DNA of 64,000 nucleotides, taken from contig CM052817.1 in the NCBI GenBank assembly GCA_028534125.1, positions 77,688,001 through 77,752,000 of the forward strand. Direction: 5' to 3'. Source of the DNA: Lama glama. Taxonomy: Eukaryota. How positions within the stretch are numbered: position 1 is the stretch's first letter; each line of letters opens with the position of its first letter. The notes under the pieces were generated by a model, which did no database searches, was not told the origin of the DNA, and saw nothing but the letters and a program-made list of their open reading frames with translations. This document shows, piece after piece, positions 27,354 through 40,804 of the stretch. Both the position numbers and the translations under genes were made by a program.

Positions 27354-28373
27354 GTAAAACTGATTCATAAAACTATAAACACTGAAGAAAAAGAAAGAAA
27401 AAAATCAGCCACATAAAGGTTATAGACTATTTGCCACATGGCAGTCAAGACAAAATTAAGTAAAAGAATAAGTTTCTGGGCACAAATAGCGGTTTGTTCC
27501 CTAAAGTTAAGAACCTCATAGTGAAATATAAGTAGAAAAATATAACTACCATTTTATTGTTACCTCATTAGCAAATCAGTTTGATATTAGTGCAGGAATA
27601 AATATGGGCAGCCTTTGAGGATGTATAATATTGATTTATTTCTTTATACTCCCACCATGCCACAAAGGATTTGAAGTATGTAAACCATTATTAAGAAAAG
27701 AACAATTTTTTTTTCAGGAATTTGGCACCTAAAACAATTGCATTTAGCAGTGTGGATATGAATGGAATACATAAAAAAGCCCAATGAATAATTCACATCT
27801 ATAGTCTCTGTAATTTGTTAAATCCTTTGTGCATCTGGAAACTCCAAGAACTAAAGTAACTGAGAGGGTTGGGAGGATTAGTATTAAAAGACAGCGCATC
27901 ATATGTCTCCATGCAGAATCAACAACTCTCAGGGGAAACACAAATTATTTTTAATTTATTACTTGGTAATGCTTTACTTGCCTCTTTCACTTAATGTCTT
28001 TCTTATTCCTTTACTCTTGCTTCCTTTCTCCCAAATAAAGTCTTATTTTTGAGTACAGAGTAAATGAACTCAGTAAATTAACCTTCAGTCTCTGCTATCT
28101 CTTATCACAAATTAAAATGGTTAAAAATATTTCAGTTTTGACCATAAAACATACAGGTTAAAAAGGACATCCTTTTTCATGTAGTAAAAATGGAGTATGC
28201 AGCTGTATTTTTAGCTCAATGGGTGGCTAACTTACAGTGGTACTTCTTTCATTTCTATTAATGGAAAGTGTAACCTACATGTGCTGTAAAAGATGTATTG
28301 CTTGGCCTGCCTGCCTTTACCTCTGGACTTACACTTCTGTACTCTCTTGAATATAGAATCTAACTTTCTACAG

Positions 28374-28587
28374 CTACAAATGTGGTGTCTTTTGATGACA
28401 GCTTGGGACCTCTATGCATATGGCTTGACTTCTTTGGGTCATGCTTATTCTCATAACTGTTTTATCACTATGACACTGGACTCATTTTAATCATGCTTAT
28501 ATCCCAAAGATTTTGAAAGCCTGTTCAGAATATAGACTATCCCTTGAAAGTCCTTGCTGCTCTTTAGTTTATGAACTGAAATGGATG
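28374..28587 (+). pseudogene. Pseudo-exon
   Basis: aactttctacag acceptor. DDSLGPLCIWLD...(shift) ILKACSEYRLSLES..LVYELKWM vs STRC RRLGPLACFLS...[24 protein letters not shown]. Confidence 0.7.
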
Positions 28588-30894
28588 GTTCATCTATTTC
28601 AGTAGTTCTTAACATAGGGTGCAAGAATAGAGTCACCTGTAGGCATTTTAGAAAATATATATAATGATTTCTGAGTGGGTCCCAGATATCAAAATGTGTC
28701 TTAATCTTTTTTCCTCCCCGCTCCCCAGGATGATGTGGTTGAGCCTTCAGGGCTGAGAATCACACAGCTATTGACACAACTGTCTTCAGCTGTCTGGAGT
28801 GATGCTGCCTAATGGTGTAATAGACCCTGTGGCCAGTCTGCCTAGCTTCAAATCTTGGCTGCCACTTTTTACCAGTGTGACTTTAGGCGAGGTACTTAGC
28901 CATTCTGATCCTTAATTTCCTCATTTGTAAAATGCAGATGGTGGTAATAATAGAACATGCATCATCTATGTAAAACCACCAGATAGTATCTGGCAAATAG
29001 CATGTAGTATAAAAATGTATTAAAAAATATTTAATTCTCACTTTCAGCATTTTTTATTTTAAAATTTTTCCCAAATGTTAAAGAGAGTCTTATGTGTATA
29101 TGGTTTATGCATTTTAAGTGGTTAACAAGCTGGTGTTCCTATAAGATTTTCTACTGTTTCCTTGTTTCATCATCTCCATAGTCACCCAGCATGTGCTCAA
29201 GAAAATTCAACTAAATGATTATATTTTTTCATTAAAGTTTGATTATTTATATCCTTACTTTATTCCAAAAGGGTTTAGTCAGGTATCTTATAAAATACAA
29301 GCTAAAAGAGCTGAGCAGTAAAAATCATAGTAAAGGATAAACAAGGGTAGGAAGACAAATTAGCCTTTTAAGTTTGGATCCCAAGAAGGCACCCTATAAG
29401 GTCCTGTACTCTTTTAGCTCAGCCCTACATCATTCTTTCTGGACTAAACTCATACCAGAAGGGATATTTTACATTATCTGTGCAATAGCTTTCCTGGTAA
29501 CAGAAGAAACTGAAAGGTGACTTTTATTATTGCTAGTTTCGTAAGTGGGGAAAATTAGGCTCTAAAAATGAAGCAAATTATTCCAGATGATTTTACAGGT
29601 TAGAGACAGTGAAATATCAATATTCAGATGCTATTTGTTTTATCAAAAATGGCTTAAGTTATGTAACAATGTTGAATAAAATATAAAGCCTTTAAAAATA
29701 CCTGTTAGACATTACTATCCCCCAAAAAGCAATGGTTTACATTCAACTGTCCAAAGAAATGAGCCTAAAATGTGTGGCAGATATGGCATTTATTTCCATT
29801 TCTCTGATCCACTTTTATCAAAGCATGCAACTGCTTGTGGTCAGTTCTTAAGTCTATAAAAGGAAAGTAATGAGAAGCTGAGAAGTTTGGCCTAGCAGTC
29901 ACCCACAATCTCCTTTGGACATCCTTCCCCTATGCTGTCAAACAGCTGTCACAAATACACCGCACAGCCCGATCTGGAGGGCATCCATCCTGGACGGCTG
30001 CCTGTAGGCAGATAGGTTAGCGTGTATTTCCCTCAGCAGCCAGAAAATGTGCCATGCTCTTGTGGACTAATCCACCAAAACAAAGTAACTGTCAAGTCTA
30101 AATTTGTTAGAAAGCCACTTAGTGCTTCAGCATTGTTACCATCAGGCTTGATTGTGGCAGCATTTCATTCTCAGTGTCAGAGGAGGCAGGTTTGGCATGG
30201 TACACATTAGCCACTGACAACATTAAACTCTTTAGGACTGTTTGTTTGGTGAATCTATTCCAAGACTAAAAATTTCCAGGGATCTTAAAAGTTACAGTGC
30301 CTCCTGTACTGCCCAGGAGAACTTGAGTGTATTAGTGTATATATAACATCCCCCTTCCCATACAGCTAACACTTATCTTAATCTCACTGAAAGGCTGGCA
30401 GAAAAAGTGAGACTATGAGGTGAATGTCTCCTGGTTACTCTAAGTTTAGTTTTGATCTTAAGTTCTGGTGTCTTATATTTCAGGCGATAGTTTTTTCTTC
30501 TCATATTCTTACCAATCCGTTCTAAATGGTGAAGGACATTACAGCATAGAAATGTAGAAACTCCACCTGTGTTTTGTATTCAAAACATAGACAATTATAG
30601 CTTTTAATTTCTGGTGGATTATACTTTAAGATATAATTACCCTTCTTTATATACCACTTACTTCTTTAAAGGATGACTGTCATCGTCATAAGAATTGGTC
30701 ATTCATGCACTGGTTACTTGAGTGAGTACTAGGTGCATGGTCCTGGGTAGGTATTTTGGAGAATATAGAGAACAACAACACAAATTAGGAGGTAGTGGGG
30801 AAAACATGGATTTTCATGTCTGACTTGGGTTTGAATCTCAGCTCCATCACTATCTTGGTGTAAAATTCTTCTCAGTTATTTTCCTTTAATCTAT

Positions 30895-33025
30895 TTGTCT
30901 ATGCTTACACTAGTTCCACACTTTAGCTTCATAGTATTGAAATATGGAAGTGTGAATTTTCTAGCTTTACTTAAAATTATTTTTGCTATTTTGGTTTCCA
31001 TGAATTTTAGAATCAGCCTGTCAAATTCTGGAAAAAGTGTCAACTGGTATTTTGATAGGGGTTGTGTTGAATCTGCAGATTAATTTGGCTGTAGTACTGC
31101 TGTCTTAACAACGTTGAGTCTTTCCATCTATAAACATGTATTTCCATTTATTTAGGTTTTCATTGGTTTCTTTTAATGATATTTTCTAGTTTTCAGTGTA
31201 CTTATGTTGCACTTATTTTGTTAGATTTATCCCTAAGTATTCTTTTTGATACAACTATTAATGGAATTGTTTTCTTAAGTTCATTTCCAGTTTGTTCATT
31301 ACTCGTATATAGTAATATAACTGAGTATTTTTGTATTTTTGTTTTGTATCCTGTAACCATGTGTGTTTGACATAAAAATCATGTAACCTGCAAACAGAGG
31401 TGGCTTTACTTCTTCCTTTCCAACCTGGACTTTTCTTTCTCTTGTCTGACATTCCTAACTAGTACTTCCAGTTTCATGTACGCAAAAGTGTTGAGTGGAT
31501 ATTCTTTTCTTATTCCTGATTATAGGGAGAAAACATTCAGTCTTTCACCAATCAGTATGACTTAAGCTGTGATTTTTTTTTGTTTTTTGTAGATGCCCTT
31601 TATTAAGAAGAAGAAGTGAAACAGAGCAGGACCCTATGGGGTCTTCCCTGGTACAAATCCTTTCCATGTCCTCTGTTCTTATTTATAGGAAATAGGTTTC
31701 ATTCAGCCTCCTTGTCCTTCCCTGAATTCTAAAGGCCAATTCAAACAGTAGCTAATGAGGGAAGGGAAAGAATGCAGAAACTAGGGAGGAAGAGTCAAGA
31801 AACAATGATGCAGCCTTGGGGCAGGGTCCTGGTTCCACCTCAAGGAACATACATAACAATATCTTTGAATTCCTAAGGTCTCCACCCAGGTGGAGGATGG
31901 CAACTTTAGGCTGAGCACAAGATTCCTGGAACACCACCCTGTTACATCTTCACCATCCAGTCACAAGATAGTCACAAATCTTACAGCCCTCACCCCAAAT
32001 TTTGCCTATTAAAACTTCTCCCCCAAAACCATGGGGGAATTTGAGTTTTTTGAGAATGAGCCACCCATTCTCCTTGGTTGGCCCTGCAATAAACCTTTCT
32101 CTGCTCCAAACTTTGATGTTTCAGTTTGTTTGGCCTCACTGTGTTGGAGCAGGCAGATAGCCAGATATGAGCAGAGGAAGGAAGGCGTATCAGGTCAAAT
32201 GCCAGGAATTGGGCAAAAAGGAGCGGCACAGGCCAAATGCAGGAAACTCTATATCATGTAAACAACAGGGGTCTCTGGGCAGAGAAAAAAAGCAGGAACC
32301 TCTGGGCTATAAGCAGTCAAACATTTTGGGTTTACAAGTGGCCTGGAGGACAACAAAGAAAGGTAGGAAAAGGCAGGAATCTCCAGTGTCCAAATGTAAC
32401 AGTTTGCTCATTATGTCCTCATTTCAATAAAATTAGCCTTGCAGATTAGAAGTAAACATTATGTACCAATGCCACGACACTTCCTATCCAGACTAAATAA
32501 GGACAAAAATCCCTCCTCCCTTTGGGAAGGCGGAGTTTCGATAAAAACCAGTGAACACACCACCAAACCCTTTCCTCCCCAGTGAATATTCTGCCTATTC
32601 ATTTTTACACACTACGTAACCAACTTGCCAAAGAAACACAGGGAAGCTGCTCGCCTGAGCCTGCCTGCTCTCTCCTTGAGAGTGTACTATCTATTCCTTA
32701 ATAAATTCTCACTTTGCTTTCTTAACCTCTGTGTCCCATTTCTGAATTCTTTCTAAGACGGCAAAGAACCTAGTCACCACCAGCAGCAAATGTGCATTAC
32801 CCAAACTTTTGTTTGTTAACAGAAGTTCCCTTTTATTCCTTATTTGTTGAGAGTTTTTCATCATGAAAGAATTTTGGATTATGTCAAATGCTTTGTGTGC
32901 CTCTACTGAGATAATCATGTGGCTTTTATCTTTTATTTAGTTAATATACTGTATCATGATGATTGATTTTCATACATTGAGACCATCTTTCATTTCTGGG
33001 TTAAATCCCATCTGGGTATTATTAT
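30895..33025 (-). mobile_element. Old L1 ORF2 fragment interrupted by nested LTRs
   Basis: Antisense ORF2 (MIISVEAHKAFDIIQN) resumes at 32822 after the LTR. Confidence 0.8.
31617..32821 (+). mobile_element. ERV1 solo LTR containing a second ERV1 LTR (32142-32788)
   Basis: Outer TG..CA with exact TSD gaag; inner TG..CA with TSD actg/aatg; each has an AATAAA. Confidence 0.85.
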
Positions 33026-34043
33026 TTTTAAACCACTGGTCTAGAAAAATATTTCCCCAGTGTAAGCTTCAGAGCAATAATTCTATTGGATGCTAATAGT
33101 TGCACCATAACAAAAGAGTTACATTAAGTAAACTTGAGAAATGCTCGATTACAGTTAAACAGGTTTCTTTACAGCAGACTATCTCAGAGACTATAATATA
33201 CTGATAGAATTTGCAAATCCCCAAGAGGGAGGTACAGTATGCCATGTTTTAGAAACTTATCTGACATGGGTATTTTGTGAAGTTAATTTTCCATCAAACA
33301 CATCTTGAGAAATACTGTTTCCAAGAATTTTGATTAAACTTCTCTAGCATGTAATAGTGAACTAGAAAGGCTTAAAACTGATAGGATTATCAATTTTTAA
33401 ATTATATTGCTGTCTAGAAAAATTCACTCAACATACAATAAATATTCATAGAGGGTCCGTTATATGCCATGTGCTCTTCCAGGCACTGGAAAGACAGCAA
33501 TGGGAAAAAAAATGACAAGAGAAATCTCTGCTTTGTGGAGTTTACATTCTGGGAGAGAGGCAAACAATAAACATAAAAATCATGCAAGTTATAAAATATG
33601 TTAGAGAGTTATTACATAAAAAGGAAAATTCAAGGAAGCTCCTTGATGTCAGTTTTGATGATGACTTCTTGGATTTGACACCAAAAGCAAAGGCAAAAAA
33701 AGCAAAAATAAACAAGTGAGACTATATCAAGCTAAAAAGCTTCTACACAGCAAACAAAATCATCAGCAAAATGAAAAGACAAACTACTGAATGAGAGAAT
33801 ATCTTTGCAAATCATATATCAGATAAAAGGTTAATAGCCAAATATATCTCACACAACAGAAAAAAAAATCTTATTTAAAAATGGGAGGAACTGAATAGAC
33901 ATTTTTCTGAGAAGACATACAGATGTCCAACAGGTAACTGAAAAGATGCTCAGCATTACAAATCATCAGAGAAATGCAAATCAAAACCACAATGGGATAT
34001 CACTTTACACCTGTTAGGATAACTATTATTAAAAAGACAAGAA

Positions 34044-34665
34044 TACATGAGCATATATCCAGAAGGAACCCTACTTCAAAATGACACCTGCACCCCAATG
34101 TTCATAGTAGCACTATTTACAATAGCCAAGACATGGAAACAGCCTAAATGTCCATCAACAGATGACTGGATAAAGAAGATGTGGTATATTTATACATTGG
34201 ACTACCATTCAGCCATAAAAATGACAACATAATGCCACTTGCAGCAACATGGATGGCCCTGGACAATGTCATTCTAAGTGAAGTAAACCAGAAAGAGAAA
34301 GAAAAATACCATATGAGATCGCTCATATGTGGAATCTAAAAAAAATAGAACATAAATACAAAACAGAAACAGATTCATAGACATAGAATGCAAACTTGTG
34401 GTTGCCAAGGGGAAGAGGGATGGGAAGGGACACACTGGGAGTTCGAAATTTGTAGATACTGACAGGCATATGTAGAATAGATAAACAAGATTATGCTGTA
34501 TAGCACAGGGAAATATATACAAGATCTTGTGGTAGCTCATAGCAAAAAAATGCGACAATGAATATATGTATCTTTACGTATAATTGAAAAATTGTGCTCT
34601 ACACTGGAATTTGACATAACATTGTAAAATGACTATAACTCAATAAAAAATGTTTAAAAATTTTT
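34044..34665 (+). mobile_element. Younger L1 3' fragment nested in the older L1
   Basis: DTCTPMFIVALFTIAKTWKQPKCPS motif; TSD aaaaagacaagaa on both sides. Confidence 0.9.
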
Positions 34666-34683
34666 AAAAAGACAAGAAATAAT

Positions 34684-35460
34684 TGTTCTAGGTAATTTTG
34701 CTATGAGCATCTTTGTTACAAGCATTTCTGATGCATAACTAATTGGGTGTAAGGCAATTTTGCCATAAAAAATAAAACAAATGGTTGACAGTTTGGTTTG
34801 ACATATACATACAAAAATCATGACAGATGATGACTGGTTGGTTTTTTATTTTGAAACACACTACATTGGAAAAGAAAGAGGCCAAATCCACATTTGCCAT
34901 AGAACTTCGGAACGCCTATCAATAGACATGTGTGTGACACAATATTCCAAGAACAAACAACAGTGTGGAAGGCTTTTACAATGCAACACAAAGCTCGGTT
35001 ATAAATATGCATCCTAGTATTTGGAAACTCTCTTAATGAAGAAAGAAATTTTGGTAAAAAAAGAAAAAGTGTGATGCTGAACAAGGAGAAGGATCAATAA
35101 ACAAAAAAAAATTTTTTTTAATGTAAAATACTATGTAAAAAAGACTTGGAAGACAAGTGCTTATGCACAACCCATAAAGTAAAATAAATTATTTGTGCAG
35201 TATTGCCATAAATATACACATATTTTAAATGTATTCAAATATTTTGTATTTTGCAATGAAGTCTCTGTAATTTCATTATTAATTTCTCATGTTTCATGTT
35301 TATGTCTTTTTAATGTCCCTCTTTTATTTTTGTTACTTTATCTTTTATGGCAAAATTGCCTTATGGCTAAGTAGTTACGTGGCAAAAATATTTGCAGCAA
35401 AAAATTACTGTGGCAAAGATGTCTGTGGCAAAGATGCTTACAAAGGAGCTACCAGACATG
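34684..35460 (+). mobile_element. Internally deleted MULE/Mutator-type DNA transposon
   Basis: Imperfect TIRs (taaggcaattttgccataaaa / ttttatggcaaaattgcctta). Transposase remnant LVFYFETHYIG..TFAIELRNAY..IPRTNNSVEGFYNA..HPSIWKL. Confidence 0.8.
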
Positions 35461-37507
35461 GAAATTGTAAGTGTTGGCAAAGATGTGGAGAAAAGGCAAC
35501 TGTTGTGCACTACTGATGGGAATGTAAGTTAATGCAGCAGTTACTATGGAAAACAGTATTGGAGGGGTCCTCAAAAACTTAAAAATAGAACTACCATATC
35601 ATCTAGCAATTCCACTTTTTGGTATTTATCTGAAGAAAACAAAAACTCTAATTCAAAAAAAATATATGCACCCTCATGTTCACTGAATTATTTACAATGG
35701 TCAAAGACGTGGAAACAACCTAAATGTTAACTGAGAGATAAATAATGTGGTATATAGACATAACAGAATATTATTCAGTCATAAAAAATGAAATCTTGCC
35801 ATTTGCCACAACATGGATGGAACTTGAGTGCATTCTGCAAAGTGAAATAAGTAAACCAGAGAAAGACAAACACTATATGATCATATTTATATGAGGAATC
35901 TTAAAAAAAACAAGCTCACAGATACAGAGAACAGGGGGAGAGTGGTGGACAAAATGGATAAAGAGGGTCAAAAGGCACAAGTATAAACTTTCAGTTATAA
36001 AATAAATATATCATAGGGATGTAATGTACAGCATGGTGACTATAGTTAAAAATTATGTGCTGCCTATTTGACAGTTGCTAAGAGAGTAGATCTTAAAAGT
36101 ACTCTTCACAAGAAAAAAATTTTTTTGGTAGTTATATGTTGTAATAGATGTTACCAAATGTCTTGTAGTAATGATGCTGCAACATACACAAATATCAAAT
36201 CACTATGTTGCACACTCGAAACTATATAATATAATGTTATATTATTTACATCTCAATTAAAAAAAGAAAAAGAAAAATCGGTTTAAAAAGTTTTGGAAAT
36301 TCTGGGTAGGAGGATGGAAAACATTGAAATATTTAATAGGGCACTCAGGATAAGCCTTGTTAAGAAGGTGACATTAGAGAAAAAGGAGAGAGAATATCTA
36401 GTTTGTTCAAAAACAGCAATGAGGTCATTATGGCCGAAGTGGACTGACAGAGAGGGAAAGTGGTAGGAGCATTCATTGCCTCTTACCTAGATTATTGCAA
36501 TAGATCCCTAACTGATTTCACTGCTTCAACTTTTGCTTCTTCCCCAACCCCGTAAGTTGAAAGTAGACTCTGTGTGTTGGAGGAGATGGGGAGCCGTGGT
36601 GGATGGAGGTGGTGCTTGGATAGGCAAAAGTAAAAGCAGTGAAATTAGTTAGGGGTCTGTTTCAGTAGTCCAAATGAGAGGATGGAGGCCCAATCCAGCA
36701 GTGAGGATCGGAGGAAGTGTTCATATTCTGGGTATTTTGAATATAGATCCAATAGGATTTTGTGGGTAAGAGAAGAGAGAGGCTTGGATAAGAGGTATGA
36801 GAGAAGGAGAGAAGTAAAAAATGACTCTAAAGTTTTGGTCTTGTGCAACTCTTACAATAGAGTTACATCAAGAGAGAAGGAAAAGAATGTAGGTAGAGCA
36901 AGTCTGTGAAAGAAAGTTAAGATTTTGGTTTTGCAACATGTTGCATTTAAGATTTCCACTTTTATACATGCTAACTCAGCATAGGAATTAAGACACATGG
37001 TCTCTGTTGTTGACTTGTTGAGGTACATCTTTTACTTAATACCAGTAGAGATAGCAATCTGCCCATAATTTACACTCTGAATAGCTAAAGACATGAGAAA
37101 AAAAGCCAGAATTGAATAATGCTATTTATACTCCCTATTCTTTAATTTGCATCCTCTCACCATTTGCCAAATAATTTATTGGTTTTTAGAATTTGCCTTT
37201 TTTTGTGGACTAAAGAGCTTGCTTAAAGTATTTTTCGATTCTGTTTTGTAAAACAAAAACAAAACCCCACAAAATAAAAACAAAAACAAAACAAAGAAAC
37301 AACAAAACTCCATTTGTCTTCTCATGGAGTGAGTAATCATTCTCCAGGTTTCTGCTTTTAAAATGCACACCCAGGGCTGACACATAACTGTGAATTAAAT
37401 AGACTACTTTCCTCCAGAAATTGAAGAGGTGATGGAGGGAGCTGGGAGAGCACTAGCGATTGAGGAGAGGAACCTATATTCTGTAGGCTGTAGATTATCA
37501 AGAGGAG

Positions 37508-38076
37508 TGTAGCACTGTTGCCCATCATCCTGGGCATATCTTGGGCTATATCTTCCAGTTTCCTTTGCATTTTTTTTTTTTTTGGCGGGGGAAGAGGTAA
37601 TTAGGTTGGTTTGTTTGTTTGTTTAAATGAAGGTCCTGAAGATTGAACCCAGGACCTCGTGCACACTAAGCACACATTCTACCTCTGAGTTATACCCTCC
37701 GAGCATCCAGCTCCCTTTGAAGTGAGGTGTGGCCGTGCAACTGAGTTCCAGCCAGTGGTATATGAGAGGAAGTGGCCTGGTCCACTTCCAGGCTTGGTCC
37801 AGGAAAACTTTCCACTTAATGATATTTATGCTTTCCCCTTTTGATTGGTAGAAGAGTAGCCTGTTATATTGGAAACCATATGCTGAAAATGATGGAGCCA
37901 AAACTGGAAGAAGCTTGGGTCTCTGAATTCTGCTCAGAAGAGACCATCCATCAACCAGGAATTCCCACTTTCGACTTAACATGAGTGGGAAATAAAAGTT
38001 TACTGCATTTGAGATATCATACTATAAATTTGTAAATTTATTCGTTATAGCAGCTAACGGTCTCAAAGCTAATACA
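37508..38076 (+). mobile_element. MaLR LTR, MLT1J-like
   Basis: TG start, ctaataca end, 5-bp TSD aggag/aagag; motifs gtgtggccgtgcaactgagttccagcc and gaagaagcttgggtctctgaat. Confidence 0.75.
37569..37700 (-). mobile_element. tRNA-derived SINE, camelid Vic-1-like
   Basis: Reverse reads ggagggtataactcagaggtaga...gaggtcctgggttcaatc (A/B boxes), then (aaac)n and A tail. Confidence 0.85.
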
Positions 38077-38959
38077 AAGAGAGAAATAGGGATTCAAAAG
38101 CACACTTACTGCCCACATTTCCCTATTTAGCGCTCCAATTTGGAGTCTGTTATTTCCTTCAAATCTCCTTATAAGCATATAGTTGAGGAGTGGAATTATA
38201 AGTACATATCTTTTAATGTAGGGTTTAAACAAAACTCATGGAACATTCCACACACTATAATACTGACTTAAGCATGAATTCAAAGATATAAATCTTTGCG
38301 GCTTGAGAAATTAGCAGCACTACTGAGATACTCAGTTTTCCCAATTTGATTTGCATTGCCAGCGAAATGTTTACTGAGTGCATGGTGGCATTTAGACATC
38401 TAATTCAATACTCTACTTGAAAATTTCTGATCATGCCTTTGGATCATAGCTGTTCTCAAATACTACATCCTTTCTAGGGAAGTATTTAATATAAAAAAGT
38501 TTCCCATTTTTAATATATCCATTCCTTGGCTTTAGAGGGACACAGAGTAAAGCCTTTATTTTCAAATTTCATATACACATGTCCTTCAGAGGAAAATATA
38601 TTTGTTTTCAACATGGGGGACATCTTCTGTAATGACTCCACATCAAATATATATTCTTTAAAATAAAGCACAAAATTACAAAACGGTGTGGATTTTCTAA
38701 CCTTGTCCTGAGAGGAAAAAGATAAATAAATTTAACATTCTATAACAAAATAAAAATACCTGAAGATTTCATCTACAAATTTGGATACCAAGAGTAAAAA
38801 TTTTCCAGTATTTAAAGTCCAGCTTAGTTTTTTGAAGATACCTGGTATACTATAATAATACATGAACATTGGCAAGCTCTGTCTCCTCAAATATCTCCTC
38901 TAAGTAGGTGATAAAGGGTCTGAAATGTATCTAGTTTACCCTGCAATATTCCCAATAGT

Positions 38960-38968
38960 AATGATAAT

Positions 38969-39008
<40 letters not shown>
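38960..39008. repeat. (AAT)n microsatellite
   Basis: Direct tandem AAT run. Confidence 0.95.
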
Positions 39009-39009
<1 letters not shown>

Positions 39010-39983
39010 TTTTATTGAGCACCACCATGTGTCAGGGACTATGTGAAGCACTTTTAATGATTCTTTTAATGAAATTCTCATAATGATCCTATAAAGAGAC
39101 AAATATTATTTTCTACTTTTCTAGTGAGGAAGTTGAAGCACAGATAAGTTTAATGATGAGGTTATATTTGGTATGTGAGAGAGCCAGGGGTTGAACAATT
39201 TGACAGTCTGGTTCTACAGCCCATGCTCAATATTCTTGGAAAGGCTAACATATTAAATCCCTTTCATTAAATGCAAATCAATTCATCATTTTTTATGATA
39301 GCAAATATTAGGTGTTAAAATAATAATGCAAGAAATTAAAAGAATAAATTAGTACTCTTTGTATACATATACTTATGGTTATTCTTATGGTTAAACTTAC
39401 AGCACTTATAGCACTATGAGGAATATAGTACTTAGTACATTTGCACTATATACTATGTATAAATCTAAATCATAGTTTAAATTTTGGGAAAGTTTTAAAC
39501 TTATTGTTACCTAAAAATGTAGCCCAAGCCTTAAATATTTGAGATAGATATATATATATATAAAACACATATACACTATATACACCAATATATCATACTA
39601 AAGAAACTATAAATCATACAAATAATAATCAGTATAAAGCACAATTAAGTAAAATCTTAAAAACCATTATTTTATACTAATCTGGGAAAATTCACTATTA
39701 TTTATGTGAAAAGTATGAAAACTGAAGTACATAAGATAAAATGCTGCTGACATCTTTAAAAATGAGCTTTTCTGGGGGACACTGTTTAATGTCCTTGCAT
39801 GTCTTCAAGGTGTTAAGTATATTAATATTTATATTAATATTAAACTCGAATAATTCAAAGATACATATTTAATCTCTAGGACAAAAATGAGCTTCTTGAG
39901 GGCAAGTCTTTTAAAAAATCTCCAGCACTAGTCCAGTGTCTGGCACATAGTGCAAATAAATGAATAACTGCCTATTAAAGAGC

Positions 39984-40465
39984 TATATTAGGCAGGTTCT
40001 CCAGAAAAACGGAACCAATAGGATAGGACATATACAGATATACATATATGAGAGGAGATTTATTACTAGAATTAGCTTATATGGTTATGGAGAGACAGGA
40101 AAGCTGGTGGTATAATTCAGGATGAGTCCAAAGGCCTGAGAACTAGGGAAGCTGATAGTGTAAGTCTCAGAGTCACAAGGTCCAAGAACCAGGAGCTCTG
40201 ATGTCCAAGGGCAGGAGAAAATGGACAGCCCAGCTCAGGAAGAGAGAGAGATGCCTTCCTTTTACTTTTAAGTTCTATTTAGGCCCTCAACTGATAGGAT
40301 GATGCCCACCTGCATTGATGAGGGAGGATCTCTATTCTCAGTCTACTAATGCAAATGCTAACCTCTTTCAGAAACATCCTCATAGACACACCCAGAAATA
40401 ATGTTTTACCAGCCATCTGGGCTTCCTTAGCCCAGTCAAGTTGACACATAAAATTAACCATCACA
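39984..40465 (-). mobile_element. ERVL LTR, MLT2B-like
   Basis: Ends cccagtcaagttgacacataaaattaaccatcaca, the reverse of the MLT2 start. Confidence 0.85.
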
Positions 40466-40804
40466 AGAGTGTTTCCAAGTAAAGGTCTATTTAGAACTTC
40501 TTCACATCAATAAATAATGAGTGATTTGTCATCTACAAATTTTATCTATCTATATTAATTTACAAATAGTTTTAATAGTTCTAAACTAGGTTTTGTAATG
40601 AGTTCCTGTCTCTATGAAAGTTAAACTTTTGATCTATAATTTTTTATTATTAATCTGATTATCAGCCATTTCCTTCATAGTTCAAAAAGTCAATGATAGA
40701 ATAGCTCAATTCAAGTCAAATAATCATGGTTTCTAAATTGGTATGTTTGGCGTTAATGAAATGATTTTGTATAGCTGTGCATGATAACTAGAAAGGCATT
40801 TTTG

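Larger units (their letters stand above)
33630..36270 (+). mobile_element. L1MA9-like 3' fragment hosting two insertions
   Basis: ORF2 tail plus 3' end gatgtaatgtacagcatggtgactatagtt...agagagtagatcttaaaag and A tail. Confidence 0.8.
37487..38481 (+). pseudogene. Pseudo-exon split by an MLT1 LTR (exon parts 37487-37507 and 38082-38481)
   Basis: Removing the LTR and one TSD gives in-frame AVDYQEERNRDSKAHLLPTFPYLALQFGVCYFLQIS (STRC [20 protein letters not shown]). After a shift: FKQNSWNIPHTIIL...FALPAKCLLSAWWHLDI*FNTL (STRC LQGTSVTPAQAVLL...[22 protein letters not shown]). Donor gtattt. Confidence 0.75.

Noticed and set aside
27718..27855. Possible additional fossil exon after a strong poly-T acceptor
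   Set aside because: The position fits, but I could not identify a convincing frame or donor.
37625..37700. tRNA gene
   Set aside because: It is the degenerate tRNA-derived head of a SINE, followed by a SINE tail.
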